Shown one piece after another: positions 38,521 through 47,850 of a stretch of 64,000 bases of DNA. Positions within the stretch are counted from its first letter, which is position 1. Every line of letters begins with the position of its first letter. A program made the translations under genes and the position numbers. The stretch is from positions 21,112-85,111 of the forward strand of contig JBFIHX010000010.1 of assembly GCA_041601615.1 (NCBI GenBank), given 5' to 3'. Source of the stretch: Thermoplasmatota archaeon. Lineage in GTDB: Archaea; Thermoplasmatota; E2; JACPAO01; JAHFTW01. The notes under the pieces were generated by a model that worked only from the letters and a program-made list of their open reading frames with translations, made no database searches and had not been told where the DNA came from.

Positions 38521-38934
38521 ATGGCAACCCAGGCAGCAGAAGCATGGGCTCCCGCAGCACCCGGATTCGCCTTGGGCATCATGACGCTCCTTGGCAGCCC
38601 CATCACCCTCTCGCTGGTGCTCCTGCCCGTGGCGCTCCTAGCCATCGCCGCCGCCTGCATCTGGCGCACCCGCGTCGGGGACCTGCGCTTAACCTCCGCC
38701 ATGGTGGGCGGCCTCGGCGGCGGCGTGCCCCTGGCATTCGGGACCTACATGGCCGTGGATTTCATGGTCAATTTCTGCATCTTCGACTGCGGGCCCCCCA
38801 ACACGGCGCTCCCGTTGTTTGCCGGTTTTGTCGCATTCCTAACTTGCGGAGCCACCGCCGCACTGGCCACAGCATGCACGCCTCGCATTCCAAGAGATCC
38901 TTTGCCACTGCCGGAGCTACCCCCGGATCCGTAG
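38521..38934 (+). CDS. Hypothetical 4-TM membrane protein
   Basis: Hydrophobic ORF with a CIFDC loop. Confidence 0.6.
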   Translation: MATQAAEAWAPAAPGFALGIMTLLGSPITLSLVLLPVALLAIAAACIWRTRVGDLRLTSAMVGGLGGGVPLAFGTYMAVDFMVNFCIFDCGPPNTALPLFAGFVAFLTCGATAALATACTPRIPRDPLPLPELPPDP

Positions 38935-38956
38935 CCAACCACCAAAGCAGGGCGTC

Positions 38957-40162
38957 TCAACTTGCAGCGCTGGAGCCATCTGCGGTGTCGTCGTCCGCTT
39001 CGTCGTCCAGACGCATGGCTACGAGCGGGATCCGCTCCACTTCAAGTCGATCCGCCGTCGGATAGACCTCCGAAATCCACGCCTCGGCGTTCAACTCAAT
39101 GAGCCCGCCTTCTTCGGCGAGCACTTCGGCCACGGCGGGCGCGGTCTCCACATGATCACCCACAACCACGACCCAGTCGGCAGGCACCTCAAAGTCGGCG
39201 CGAAGCCGCTCGGCTAGCTCGCCCGGACTCTGGCCAAGCGTGCTGCGGATCGCCCCAAACAAGAGCGTTCCCTCCTCCGATTGCTCCTCGAAGGGACGGG
39301 CCGTGCGCTCGGCGCGGCGACGAAGCCGCTGCATGAGCTGGATCGCGTCCTTGTACGGACTGCTGCAAAAGTGGACCGCCATCTTCTGGCCGGTCTGGCG
39401 CCACGATTCGAGCACCGCAAGCCCGGTCTCCCGGCTGCCCGCGACGCGCTGCGAAACGTCGTCTTTGGGCTGGTAGCCAAACCGCTTCAAGTTGGCAATG
39501 TTGGGCTCCGAGAACTCCAATTCGTTCATGTTGAGGCCGTGCGCCCCCGACGCCGCGAGGTAGGTGGCAAGCGCCACGATGTCGTCCTCTTTTCCTGGAA
39601 CGGCAGGAATCTCCACCATCGTAGTCAAGCCCACCGCGAGTGCTCGCTGAATCGCCGCGTGGTGCCACGAATTGGGCATGTCCTTGTATTCGCGAAGCTC
39701 CGGGTGGAACCGAATCTCATCCAGGCCCGCCGCCTTGAGCTTGTCGATCTCGTCAATGTCGAAGGCGCAACTGGTGTACAAGTGCGTGTGGAACGAGGGC
39801 CCGAACTCGGCCTTCATGACGCGAATCGTCTCGCAGACACGATCAGGCACCACCATTGGATCGCCACCCGTGATACCCGCGCCCTTAGCACCAATCAACC
39901 GGCACTCGTCGAGAAGGTCGTCCCACTTGCCCTGATGAATCGGCCGCTCGTTGGCAAACATCACGTCACGGTACATTTTATCGCGAGAAACAGGGCAGTA
40001 GAAGCACTCCTTGTCGCACAAGCCCGTGATGAACAACACAAGCTTCGCACCCTCACGGCACTGCACGCACCCCATCGGCAAAACGCCCACGTGCTGACTG
40101 CCCGCGTACTTTTCCGACGCGGTGGGGCGGTCCAAGGGAGCGGTGGCGAGAGGGTGCGACAC
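38957..40162 (-). CDS. Archaeal uncharacterised radical SAM protein
   Basis: GCVQCREGAKLVLFITGLCDKECFYCP (CxxxCxxC), ITGGDP, GLDEIRFHP, LNMNELEFSE. Confidence 0.9.
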   Translation of the reverse strand: MSHPLATAPLDRPTASEKYAGSQHVGVLPMGCVQCREGAKLVLFITGLCDKECFYCPVSRDKMYRDVMFANERPIHQGKWDDLLDECRLIGAKGAGITGGDPMVVPDRVCETIRVMKAEFGPSFHTHLYTSCAFDIDEIDKLKAAGLDEIRFHPELREYKDMPNSWHHAAIQRALAVGLTTMVEIPAVPGKEDDIVALATYLAASGAHGLNMNELEFSEPNIANLKRFGYQPKDDVSQRVAGSRETGLAVLESWRQTGQKMAVHFCSSPYKDAIQLMQRLRRRAERTARPFEEQSEEGTLLFGAIRSTLGQSPGELAERLRADFEVPADWVVVVGDHVETAPAVAEVLAEEGGLIELNAEAWISEVYPTADRLEVERIPLVAMRLDDEADDDTADGSSAAS

Positions 40163-40195
40163 TGTTGGGGCTCACTTGGGATGGGTGATAAGGGT

Positions 40196-41083
40196 TCAGG
40201 AAGGCCACAGGACAAGGCTAACAAGGTCGGGTGGAATTAGATAGAGATGTTGTGTGTAATTCCCAGACAACGGACGCACCAGATACCCGTTTTGAGTTTC
40301 GACAAGCACACTTAGTTTGTGGCTCGCTTGGAACCCGCCATCTGTTTGGTTGCCGGCGTGAAGCAGAATCTCCTGGGCCGAGGGTGTCAATTGGCCACTG
40401 TCCAGAACCATGTAAGAAATCCGGGGTTCAGCTCCGCCAAATTCGGAAGGCGTCAATGGGAGACTGAAAACCCCATGTGTGCCAGCGCTGGCAAGCAGGA
40501 CTATGAGGACTGCGGGTACCGTTTTTCGAACGTGTTCGAAGAGACTGCGTTCCATCTCAAGTCGTACCATGCGTAAATTTGAAGGTTTTGCATGCACCGG
40601 GTTTGTTATTCGCCCCATACACCATCCTATAACCACTGCGGTAACAACATAAACTCCCCGGAGAATTCCATACATTGCAGCATTTAGAATGGATAGAAAT
40701 AAAATAAACCACCAAACTGTTTTGAATTCAAAAATAAATTCTATGGTTGAAAGTGTTAAATAGGTCGCTGCACCCACCATTATTAATTCAACCAAAACCC
40801 CTCCTGGTGCCATGAGCCAACGCGGCCCAGAAGTTGTTTTTACCCAAGCATGAAAAACACAGAACCCCATCCAGGAAATATAGACAATAAAGGCCATTGG
40901 GATTCCTGCTGCTAGATATTGGGTTGGGGCTAACGACAAGAATCCCAGATTTTCTTGCTCTGCATATAAACCCCAGGAGAGAAAACCGATTACATAGCTT
41001 ACAGGCACGAACAAAATGCCCATGATTTTCCAAGGTGGTGCGATATACACCAGTGGAAAATCTTGCGAAGTGTCGCCATCCAC
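40196..41083 (-). CDS. Hypothetical membrane protein, AT-rich (likely acquired)
   Basis: 295-aa ORF with multiple TM segments, in a visibly AT-rich block. Confidence 0.65.
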   Translation of the reverse strand: MDGDTSQDFPLVYIAPPWKIMGILFVPVSYVIGFLSWGLYAEQENLGFLSLAPTQYLAAGIPMAFIVYISWMGFCVFHAWVKTTSGPRWLMAPGGVLVELIMVGAATYLTLSTIEFIFEFKTVWWFILFLSILNAAMYGILRGVYVVTAVVIGWCMGRITNPVHAKPSNLRMVRLEMERSLFEHVRKTVPAVLIVLLASAGTHGVFSLPLTPSEFGGAEPRISYMVLDSGQLTPSAQEILLHAGNQTDGGFQASHKLSVLVETQNGYLVRPLSGNYTQHLYLIPPDLVSLVLWPS

Positions 41084-41134
41084 AGGTGATTGATGTATAT
41101 CGATGGTTTGAGCTGACTGGTTTGTTGACGGTGA

Positions 41135-43168
41135 CTACGGCAACGCACTCACCGGCATCGCTTCGTAAGCACCCATCTCCACCGTAGGCAGAACCAACAC
41201 CGTCCCCGCCCCGTCCAACTCCAACTCCACCGGCTGCGGCTGGGCCAATCCGACCACATCCCCTGCAGGGACACCCGTGATACTCAAGCGCAGCGTGGAG
41301 CCGGCGGCGACGATGTGTTCCGTGGGCCGGAACGGCAACGTCCCTTCGAAAACGGCGCCGGGGATGAGCGGTTCGTAGGAATCATAGCCGTTGCGCAGGG
41401 CAAGGTTCAGCATGCCCCAGGTGAGCACGCGCTGTCCGCCGCCTGCGTATTCTTCGATGAGTTCGGCGTAGACGAAGCCGTTCTCGCCGGCGGCCGTGCC
41501 TTTGAGAACCAGGCTCGGGGCGACGATGGGCAAATCTTCGGCGACTTCGGCGCGCAGCACGAGGCTGTTGAGGGGGAGCTCGCCGGGAACGATGCCGCCG
41601 GGCACGGGAGTTAGGAGAATTTGTCCGGTTCCGCTGCCGGATTCTGCGAGTGCGCCAGCTTGGAAGTCCGCCGCGAGGCGGAGCTCTTGGTCGTCCACGG
41701 GGGGCCAAGCGTCGGTCATGCGGTGGTGCGTGGCGTCGGCGCTGACGACGACGTTCGGGACTCGGTCAAAGCCCATGTCTTTGCCCTTGACGTAGTGGTC
41801 CATCCAGGCCACGAAGAGCACTTCTTGGTCCATGCGGGCCGGGTGCTGGTGCAGCCAGTGGCCAAACACGCCGAGTTTGGGGGCGTTGATTTCGTTGAAC
41901 CAGCCGGGGATCATGGCGCTCTTGACGTTGACATCCTCGAAGCCCTCGGTAAAGAGGACCGCAGCTTGGATGTCGCCGGCGCGTTTCTTGAAGTCCCGCA
42001 CCTCGTAGAAGTCGTTGTATTCGGCCGTCGGGCTGTTGGCACCCACGATCAGCGTCGGGTCGCAAATGCCACTGGTGGCTTCGCGAAGGAGGGTGTCGAG
42101 GTCCGTGCGGGAGCCACTGGGCGCCTCGGGGGTCGCCGTGAGCACTTGGTACGCGACGGGACTGAGGCTGCTTTCGCCGTTGGGGACGCCACCGTAGTGC
42201 CAGTCTTCGTAGCTGTTGATGACGGGCGCCACGGCGATGATCGCCTTGAGCGCCTTGGGGTTCTGGATGGCTGCTTCCACGGGGGTGGTGCCAACGTAGC
42301 TTTGGCCGTAGAATCCGACGCTGCCGTCGCTCCAGGGCTGCGCATCGACCCAGTCGACGATGAAGGCTTGATCCTTCTGTTCGTTCTCGCCCCAGACTTC
42401 GACGCAGCCGCCACTCATACCGTAGCCACGCACGTCGACATTGACGGCTGCGTAGCCGCGCTTGGCCCAGTCCTGCGTCCAGTAGGTCCACATGGCAGGC
42501 ACAACGCCGCGCTTGGCGCCTTGCAGTTCGCCGTTGTAGGGGCTGCTGGCGATGACGGTGGGCCAGGGACCTTCACCTTCGGGCAGGGTCACTTCAACCC
42601 AGAGCGGGGCGCCGTCGAAGCTGTTGACAAATTGGTACGTCGTGGGTTTCAGTTCGTGCGTTGCGTGGCTTAGCTCGCTCAGATTGAGCATGCCGGCGAT
42701 GCCATCCACGGGGCGCACTAGGAATTCCAGGCGCAAATCTGCAGTGGCAGGGCCGGAGGCGCGGACGGTCCATTCGTCGCCGGGCAAGTCGAGTGCGGTG
42801 ATGCTGCCGCAGGAGCGGGCGCCGAACAAGGTTTGGCCGTATCCGACGACGCTTTGTTGGTTGCAGCGGCGGCGGCCCGTGTCTTCGTTGACCATCGAAA
42901 CGCCAATGGTGGCGCCAGGACCGGGGTCGGCCACGAACCGCACCATGGTTGCGCCTTCAGGAAGTGGGAAGGTGTGTGCGAACGGGAGGGAAATTTTTTG
43001 CCAAACGAGTGTCGCTTTTTCGGCGGTCTTTTCGAGCACCGCGTTGGCGGGAACGTCGCTGATGTCCAAGGGCCGAACGGCGGGGCTGTCGTTGGACGTG
43101 GGCTGCTCGTTGGAGAGGCAGCCCGCAAAGAGTGGAATCAGGAGGGCGAGGACGACCACCGTGCGCAT
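41135..43168 (-). CDS. CocE/NonD (S15 peptidase-like) hydrolase, lipoprotein
   Basis: FAGC lipobox; RGYAAVNVDVRGYGMSGG, WSDGSVGFYGQSYVG. Confidence 0.9.
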   Translation of the reverse strand: MRTVVVLALLIPLFAGCLSNEQPTSNDSPAVRPLDISDVPANAVLEKTAEKATLVWQKISLPFAHTFPLPEGATMVRFVADPGPGATIGVSMVNEDTGRRRCNQQSVVGYGQTLFGARSCGSITALDLPGDEWTVRASGPATADLRLEFLVRPVDGIAGMLNLSELSHATHELKPTTYQFVNSFDGAPLWVEVTLPEGEGPWPTVIASSPYNGELQGAKRGVVPAMWTYWTQDWAKRGYAAVNVDVRGYGMSGGCVEVWGENEQKDQAFIVDWVDAQPWSDGSVGFYGQSYVGTTPVEAAIQNPKALKAIIAVAPVINSYEDWHYGGVPNGESSLSPVAYQVLTATPEAPSGSRTDLDTLLREATSGICDPTLIVGANSPTAEYNDFYEVRDFKKRAGDIQAAVLFTEGFEDVNVKSAMIPGWFNEINAPKLGVFGHWLHQHPARMDQEVLFVAWMDHYVKGKDMGFDRVPNVVVSADATHHRMTDAWPPVDDQELRLAADFQAGALAESGSGTGQILLTPVPGGIVPGELPLNSLVLRAEVAEDLPIVAPSLVLKGTAAGENGFVYAELIEEYAGGGQRVLTWGMLNLALRNGYDSYEPLIPGAVFEGTLPFRPTEHIVAAGSTLRLSITGVPAGDVVGLAQPQPVELELDGAGTVLVLPTVEMGAYEAMPVSALP

Positions 43169-43209
43169 GCGGCGGGAGCGGGGCCTGCGCGTCTTAGCGG
43201 TTGTGGTGG

Positions 43210-43437
43210 TCAGTAGGCCAGTTCCAGTCCAGTCAACGGTTGCGCAAGCTGGACGGAGGTGTGCTCCGAGTTGTGGCCCATTGCCTCAAGGGGGACGTTG
43301 CCGGGACCGTAGGCGAGCTTGCCATGGGCAGGGCATTGGAACACTTCGCGTACGAGGCCTTGGTGGGCGTGGACGGTGCGAAGCACGTCGCGGTCGCAGA
43401 CGGGGCAGGCGCCTTGGGAGAGGGTGAACTTGGCCAT
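43210..43437 (-). CDS. Small zinc-ribbon protein
   Basis: CPVC...CPAHG. Confidence 0.65.
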   Translation of the reverse strand: MAKFTLSQGACPVCDRDVLRTVHAHQGLVREVFQCPAHGKLAYGPGNVPLEAMGHNSEHTSVQLAQPLTGLELAY

Positions 43438-43494
43438 GCCGGTGCAGGGACAGGGGCATGGATGGCCTTGTCGCGGGGCTGGGTGAAAGTACGT

Positions 43495-43833
43495 TTAGCG
43501 CGTGGTGCTGTACTTTCGCACAAGATCTAGGATGGTGCGCTCAACATCGCCCGTGATCTTTCCCTCGGCAGTCTGTTCCTTGACCCAGGTGCGGGCCTCA
43601 TCAATGCCCTGGCGCGTGCCCTGCGCCCACAGTGTTTGCAGGAACGGGCGCCATTCTTCGGGCTCCATGCCGGTGCCGACGAGGACTTGTTCCACGTCGT
43701 ACCTGAAATGTGCTTCACGCCCGGCGTGGAGCATGCGGGACCTTGAGCGCGATTCTCGCGTCTGCCGATTCTGTTCGTTGTGCCCCGGGCCTCGCCTGGG
43801 GTTGCGGCTGACACTGCGCCTTCGTCGTCCCAT
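43495..43833 (-). CDS. Hypothetical protein with Arg-rich N-terminus
   Basis: CCTTATG box ~27-30 nt upstream of ATG 43833; helical C-terminal domain LHAGREAHFRY...KYSTTR. Confidence 0.7.
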   Translation of the reverse strand: MGRRRRSVSRNPRRGPGHNEQNRQTRESRSRSRMLHAGREAHFRYDVEQVLVGTGMEPEEWRPFLQTLWAQGTRQGIDEARTWVKEQTAEGKITGDVERTILDLVRKYSTTR

Positions 43834-44008
43834 CTATTTTCCATGGCACCTCTCGTCGCATAAGGCCCTTTCCTAGAAGGGAGCGCGATCTTCGGGAGGG
43901 TTTGCCCGATCCATCGTCCTTCGCCGAGGCCGAGTGGCGACGCTTTCCACGTCGCGCCGAAGGTCGGCCCATAATGGTTATGTGTGCTTCCTGAAGTGGC
44001 AAGTTATC

Positions 44009-44380
44009 ATGTCCATGGACAGAGGCACGGAGCAGATCGTCGGATTCGTATTCCTCGGCCTTGTGGTTGTTTTTCTGATCCTAGCTACCACTACAAGTCC
44101 AGCTCCGACATGGATGCTGCTTGTTTCTTCGCTCGTGTTTCTTCTCGTCGCGTTGTTCATGTTGGCGGGCCCTAGCTCGGGCGGCGCAGGTCGGAGTTCC
44201 GGCAGCAGCCAGCAGCAGAGTGTGGTGCTTAGTGACGGTCGAGCTTTCACGCAACAGCAGGGCGGAGCGGGCGCAGTGGGAGCCGGCGGCGTGCTAGCGG
44301 TGTGCGGTGGATGCAGCGCCCGAATCTCGGATGCTGCCCGCTTCTGCCCTGAATGCGGCAAGGGCATGGGAACTGCATGA
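44009..44380 (+). CDS. 2-TM protein with QQQSVV motif and C-terminal zinc ribbon (paralog 1)
   Basis: CGGC-x10-CPECG. Confidence 0.75.
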   Translation: MSMDRGTEQIVGFVFLGLVVVFLILATTTSPAPTWMLLVSSLVFLLVALFMLAGPSSGGAGRSSGSSQQQSVVLSDGRAFTQQQGGAGAVGAGGVLAVCGGCSARISDAARFCPECGKGMGTA

Positions 44381-44724
44381 ACCACGGCGTGACTTGGACG
44401 GGCCTGGGCCTGCTGCTTGCCGCGATTCTCATTCCGATTATTACCTTCAGTGTCGGCGTCGATACGGGCGGCTGGGAAGCCATCGTGTTTGGCATCTTCT
44501 TCGCGTTCATCATCAGCCCGATGCTTGGCATCGCGGGCCTCATCATGTTGATTGTCGGCATTGCCACCGGCGGCGGCCAGAAGCAGCAACAGCAAGTGGT
44601 CGTGCATGTCAGTGGCAATCAGGCAAGCAGCGGCAGTGGATTGCGCTGCGGAGCCTGCGGCCAGTTCATGAACGTCAACCAGAGCTTCTGCACCAGTTGT
44701 GGAACGAGGACCATTCGTGGCTGA
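44377..44724 (+). CDS. 2-TM protein with QQQQVVVHV motif and C-terminal zinc ribbon (paralog 2)
   Basis: CGAC-x10-CTSCG; ATGA overlap with paralog 1. Confidence 0.78.
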   Translation: MNHGVTWTGLGLLLAAILIPIITFSVGVDTGGWEAIVFGIFFAFIISPMLGIAGLIMLIVGIATGGGQKQQQQVVVHVSGNQASSGSGLRCGACGQFMNVNQSFCTSCGTRTIRG

Positions 44725-45079
44725 TACACGTCGGATCCTGTTGATTCTGGCTGCTGTGGTGGTAGGCTTGGCAGTGATTGGCGGGCTGTTGGCCGCGGCG
44801 GGTGCGCCGGACGAGGCTTGGTTCGTTTTCCTGATGCCTCTGAGCCTGATTCTGAATCCATTCACGCTCATCGTTGTCCTCATCGTATTCCTGGTGCGGC
44901 GCAATCAGGGCCAACAACAGCAACAGCAAGTCGTCGTGCATGTGGCCAGAGGAGGCGAAGGAGGCTCCGGTTCGCCGGCCGGCCCAGAGTTGCGATGCCC
45001 TCGGTGCAAGAACCTAAACGTGGCCCAGGCCCGGTTCTGTGGCGGTTGCGGCCAATCTTTCCAACCCAAGGCGTCATGA
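44717..45079 (+). CDS. 2-TM protein with QQQQQQVVVHV motif and C-terminal zinc ribbon (paralog 3)
   Basis: CPRC-x10-CGGCG; overlaps paralog 2. Confidence 0.78.
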   Translation: MADTRRILLILAAVVVGLAVIGGLLAAAGAPDEAWFVFLMPLSLILNPFTLIVVLIVFLVRRNQGQQQQQQVVVHVARGGEGGSGSPAGPELRCPRCKNLNVAQARFCGGCGQSFQPKAS

Positions 45080-46368
45080 ACACAGCCCCAATCGGGCACC
45101 GCATGACCCTAGAACTCGTGCCCAAATCGACCCCGGAAGCGCTCGAAGAAGGCATCCGGCGCATCGAGTGGGCCCGCAGCCACATGGGTGTGCTCGGAGC
45201 TATCCGAACTCGATTCGAAGATGAGCAACCGTTTGCTGGCCTGCGCGTCGGCATGGCCCTGCATGTGGAGGCCAAAACCTGCAACCTCGCCCTTGCGCTT
45301 CAAGCCGGCGGCGCGGATGTGCGCCTCTCCGGCTGCAACCCCGACAGCACCGACGACCGCGTAGTCGTGGCGATGAACGAGCACTACAATGTGCCGACCA
45401 TGGCCAAAAAGGGCCAGAACCGCGACGAATACTACGCCAGTCTCCACTGGGTCCTCGACCACAAGCCCCACATCGTCATCGACGACGGCGGCGACCTTGG
45501 TTTCCTTGCCCACACCGAGCGCAAAGACTGCCTTGAGCACCTACAGGGCGGCGCCGAGGAGACCACCACGGGCGTCATTCGCTTCAAGGCGATGCACGAG
45601 GAAGGCAAACTCACGTTCCCCGTCATGAACGTCAACGACGCGCAAATGAAGCACCTGTTTGACAACCGCTACGGCACCGGCCAAAGCACCTTCGACGGCC
45701 TCATGCACGCCACCAACCTCGTCATCGCCGGCAAAACCATCGTGGTCGCTGGCTACGGCTGGTGCGGACGAGGCATCAGCATGCGCGCAAAGGGCCTCGG
45801 CGCCGACGTCATCGTTACTGAAATCGACCCCGTGAAGGCCATCGAAGCCCGCATGGACGGCCACCGCGTCATGAAGATGGAAGAAGCCGCCGCTCATGCC
45901 GACTTTGTCATCACCGCCACCGGCTGCCTTGACGTCATCGGCCCCGCCGCCATTGCCAACCTCAAGGACCAATGCGTTCTGGCCAATTCGGGCCACTTTG
46001 ACAACGAAATCAACAAGCCGGCCCTCGAAGCCAACGCCGCCACCATCGCCACCGTACGCGAAGGCGTCACCGCATACACCCAAAAGGACGGCCGCGTCCT
46101 GTACCTCATCAGCGAAGGTCGCCTCGTCAACCTCGCCAGCGGCCAAGGCCACCCCGTCGAAGTGATGGACACCAGCTTCGCCGTCCAAGCCTTGAGCGTC
46201 GAGCACATGGCCAAACACCACAAGGACATGGCCCCCGGCGTCTACGAATTCCCCGCCGAATTGGACCTCGAGATCGCCAAGGTTCGATTGGCAACACTGG
46301 GCATCACCATTGATACCCTCACGGCGGAGCAACTGGAGTACCTGACGGCGTGGGAACACGGGACCTAA
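45076..46368 (+). CDS. ahcY: Adenosylhomocysteinase
   Basis: LHVEAKT, DDGGD, EETTTG, KHLFDNRYGTGQS, GYGWCGRG, GRLVNL..GHP. Start may be 45103. Confidence 0.96.
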   Translation: MNTAPIGHRMTLELVPKSTPEALEEGIRRIEWARSHMGVLGAIRTRFEDEQPFAGLRVGMALHVEAKTCNLALALQAGGADVRLSGCNPDSTDDRVVVAMNEHYNVPTMAKKGQNRDEYYASLHWVLDHKPHIVIDDGGDLGFLAHTERKDCLEHLQGGAEETTTGVIRFKAMHEEGKLTFPVMNVNDAQMKHLFDNRYGTGQSTFDGLMHATNLVIAGKTIVVAGYGWCGRGISMRAKGLGADVIVTEIDPVKAIEARMDGHRVMKMEEAAAHADFVITATGCLDVIGPAAIANLKDQCVLANSGHFDNEINKPALEANAATIATVREGVTAYTQKDGRVLYLISEGRLVNLASGQGHPVEVMDTSFAVQALSVEHMAKHHKDMAPGVYEFPAELDLEIAKVRLATLGITIDTLTAEQLEYLTAWEHGT

Positions 46369-46463
46369 TACGATCCATCAGACTTGGCTAGACTCCCCCA
46401 AACGCAGCAAATCAGCTCCTGCCTCAGAAACCTCTATCAAGCAGGAGCAACGCATTCTCCCCC

Positions 46464-46580
46464 ATGGCGAACTCCCCCGACCCCCTCGACCGGCTCACGC
46501 CTGATCAGGCGGAAGCGTTCACCTTGCGCTACTTGAAAGAGCACGCAGAGTCCATGCGGGCGCTTGGAAAATCGTCGTGA
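46464..46580 (+). CDS. Putative 38-aa antitoxin (Phd C-terminus-like helix)
   Basis: Hand translation MANSPDPLDRLTPDQAEAFTLRYLKEHAESMRALGKSS; GTGA overlap with the Fic/Doc gene. Confidence 0.6.
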   Translation: MANSPDPLDRLTPDQAEAFTLRYLKEHAESMRALGKSS

Positions 46581-47077
46581 TCTACTTCAATCGAATCCAG
46601 CCTGAAGTGATTCGTAGGATCAACTTGGCCCTCTTTCATTCGGGACAGGAGTACGTCATGGTGGACGAGGCCGTCGATGTGCCTGCAAAGATCGAAGCGG
46701 CGATTCGCGCCGTTCCGGTAGAACCTTTGAAACAAGTCCTTGATTGGATTGGCCCGGTCCGAGAAGAGCACTTTGAATTGGCTTGGTCCAAATTCATGGC
46801 GGGCAACGTCGCCTTGCAAGCGTGGCCAGACGGAAACCACCGGACCTCGTTCATGCTGCTTGCAGATTTGGCGTGGATTTACCTTGAAGAATCCGTGGGC
46901 ATGGACGCATCCATCATGGAGGCGATGCTCAAAGAGAGCAAACGCATTTTACAAGAACACCCATCTTTGCCTGGAAATCCGGTATTTTCTCTGGAAGCAT
47001 TGTCGGATTCGAAGCACCCGTACCGGGAAATGTTTGCTCGATATGCTCCGCTGTTGCAGTGGGAATCTGCCTCCTGA
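46577..47077 (+). CDS. Fic/Doc family toxin
   Basis: QAWPDGNHRTS, a variant of HPFxDGNxR; N-terminal IRRIN helix. Confidence 0.78.
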   Translation: MIYFNRIQPEVIRRINLALFHSGQEYVMVDEAVDVPAKIEAAIRAVPVEPLKQVLDWIGPVREEHFELAWSKFMAGNVALQAWPDGNHRTSFMLLADLAWIYLEESVGMDASIMEAMLKESKRILQEHPSLPGNPVFSLEALSDSKHPYREMFARYAPLLQWESAS

Positions 47078-47134
47078 ATAGCGCGTTCAGCGGGCGTCAT
47101 CATGAGGATTGTAACCCAATCTTAGGCACCGCGT

Positions 47135-47280
47135 GGACAGCGCCTCCGGCACCCACGAATACCCCGCCGAAATTGAGATGGAGATTGCGAGGGTTCGATT
47201 GGCGACGCTGGGCATCACCATTGATAGCCGCACGGCGGAGCAACTGGAATACCTGATGTGGTGGCAACACTGGACCCAAT
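47135..47280 (+). pseudogene. Degenerate duplicate of the ahcY 3' end
   Basis: DSASGTHEYPAEIEMEIARVRLATLGITIDSRTAEQLEYLMWWQHWT vs AhcY DMAPGVYEFPAELDLEIAKVRLATLGITIDTLTAEQLEYLTAWEHGT. Confidence 0.88.
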
Positions 47281-47564
47281 CAAGGATACATCCTCTCCAT
47301 CCACCCACACCCATCCACTCGATGGAACAGGCGCATTACGTCAATGGAATCTCGGCGAACTAGGAAGGCGGCGCGCCAGTTCCCGATGCGAAGGCGAAAC
47401 AGCGGCGGATCGCCAGGAACACGCAACGGACAAACGTCGAGCTTTGATTCGTGCCCTGACGGGTCCTCGGTCAAGCTTTGCAGTGCGGCCCGCATTTTCT
47501 TCTTGGGGCCTGGTGGCATGGACCGAAAGACGGCGCGGGCTTCTGGATCGACGCGGAGTTCCAT
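47280..47564 (-). CDS. RelE/ParE family toxin
   Basis: ~94 aa; LFRLRIGNWRAAF...FHR; TGATG coupling to the upstream antitoxin. Confidence 0.8.
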   Translation of the reverse strand: MELRVDPEARAVFRSMPPGPKKKMRAALQSLTEDPSGHESKLDVCPLRVPGDPPLFRLRIGNWRAAFLVRRDSIDVMRLFHRVDGCGWMERMYP

Positions 47565-47752
47565 CAGTCGAGGCTGACCCAACCGTTCGTGGCATCGAGG
47601 TGGTCGGCGCGTGCTCGCATTTCGCGGGCAAATTCGTCCTCGTCCCAACGGTCCATCATCTGTTGTAGGATGTCATCGTAGGTCATCCCCGCATGGCCGT
47701 AGCGCTTGAGACGCTCGCGGATTGCCGAGTCGATCTGAATCGTGGTGACCAT
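47564..47752 (-). CDS. Archaeal RHH-type antitoxin
   Basis: MVTTIQIDSAIRERLK...TYDDILQQMM with an acidic C-terminus. Confidence 0.8.
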   Translation of the reverse strand: MVTTIQIDSAIRERLKRYGHAGMTYDDILQQMMDRWDEDEFAREMRARADHLDATNGWVSLD

Positions 47753-47850
47753 GGTTTGCTATGTGTAGCCCATAGTATTCAATGTTGTGGACCCCTCGCT
47801 CGATACGCGTCCGCAGCAGTCATCACCCACCCCCAACTCCCGCACTTGCA

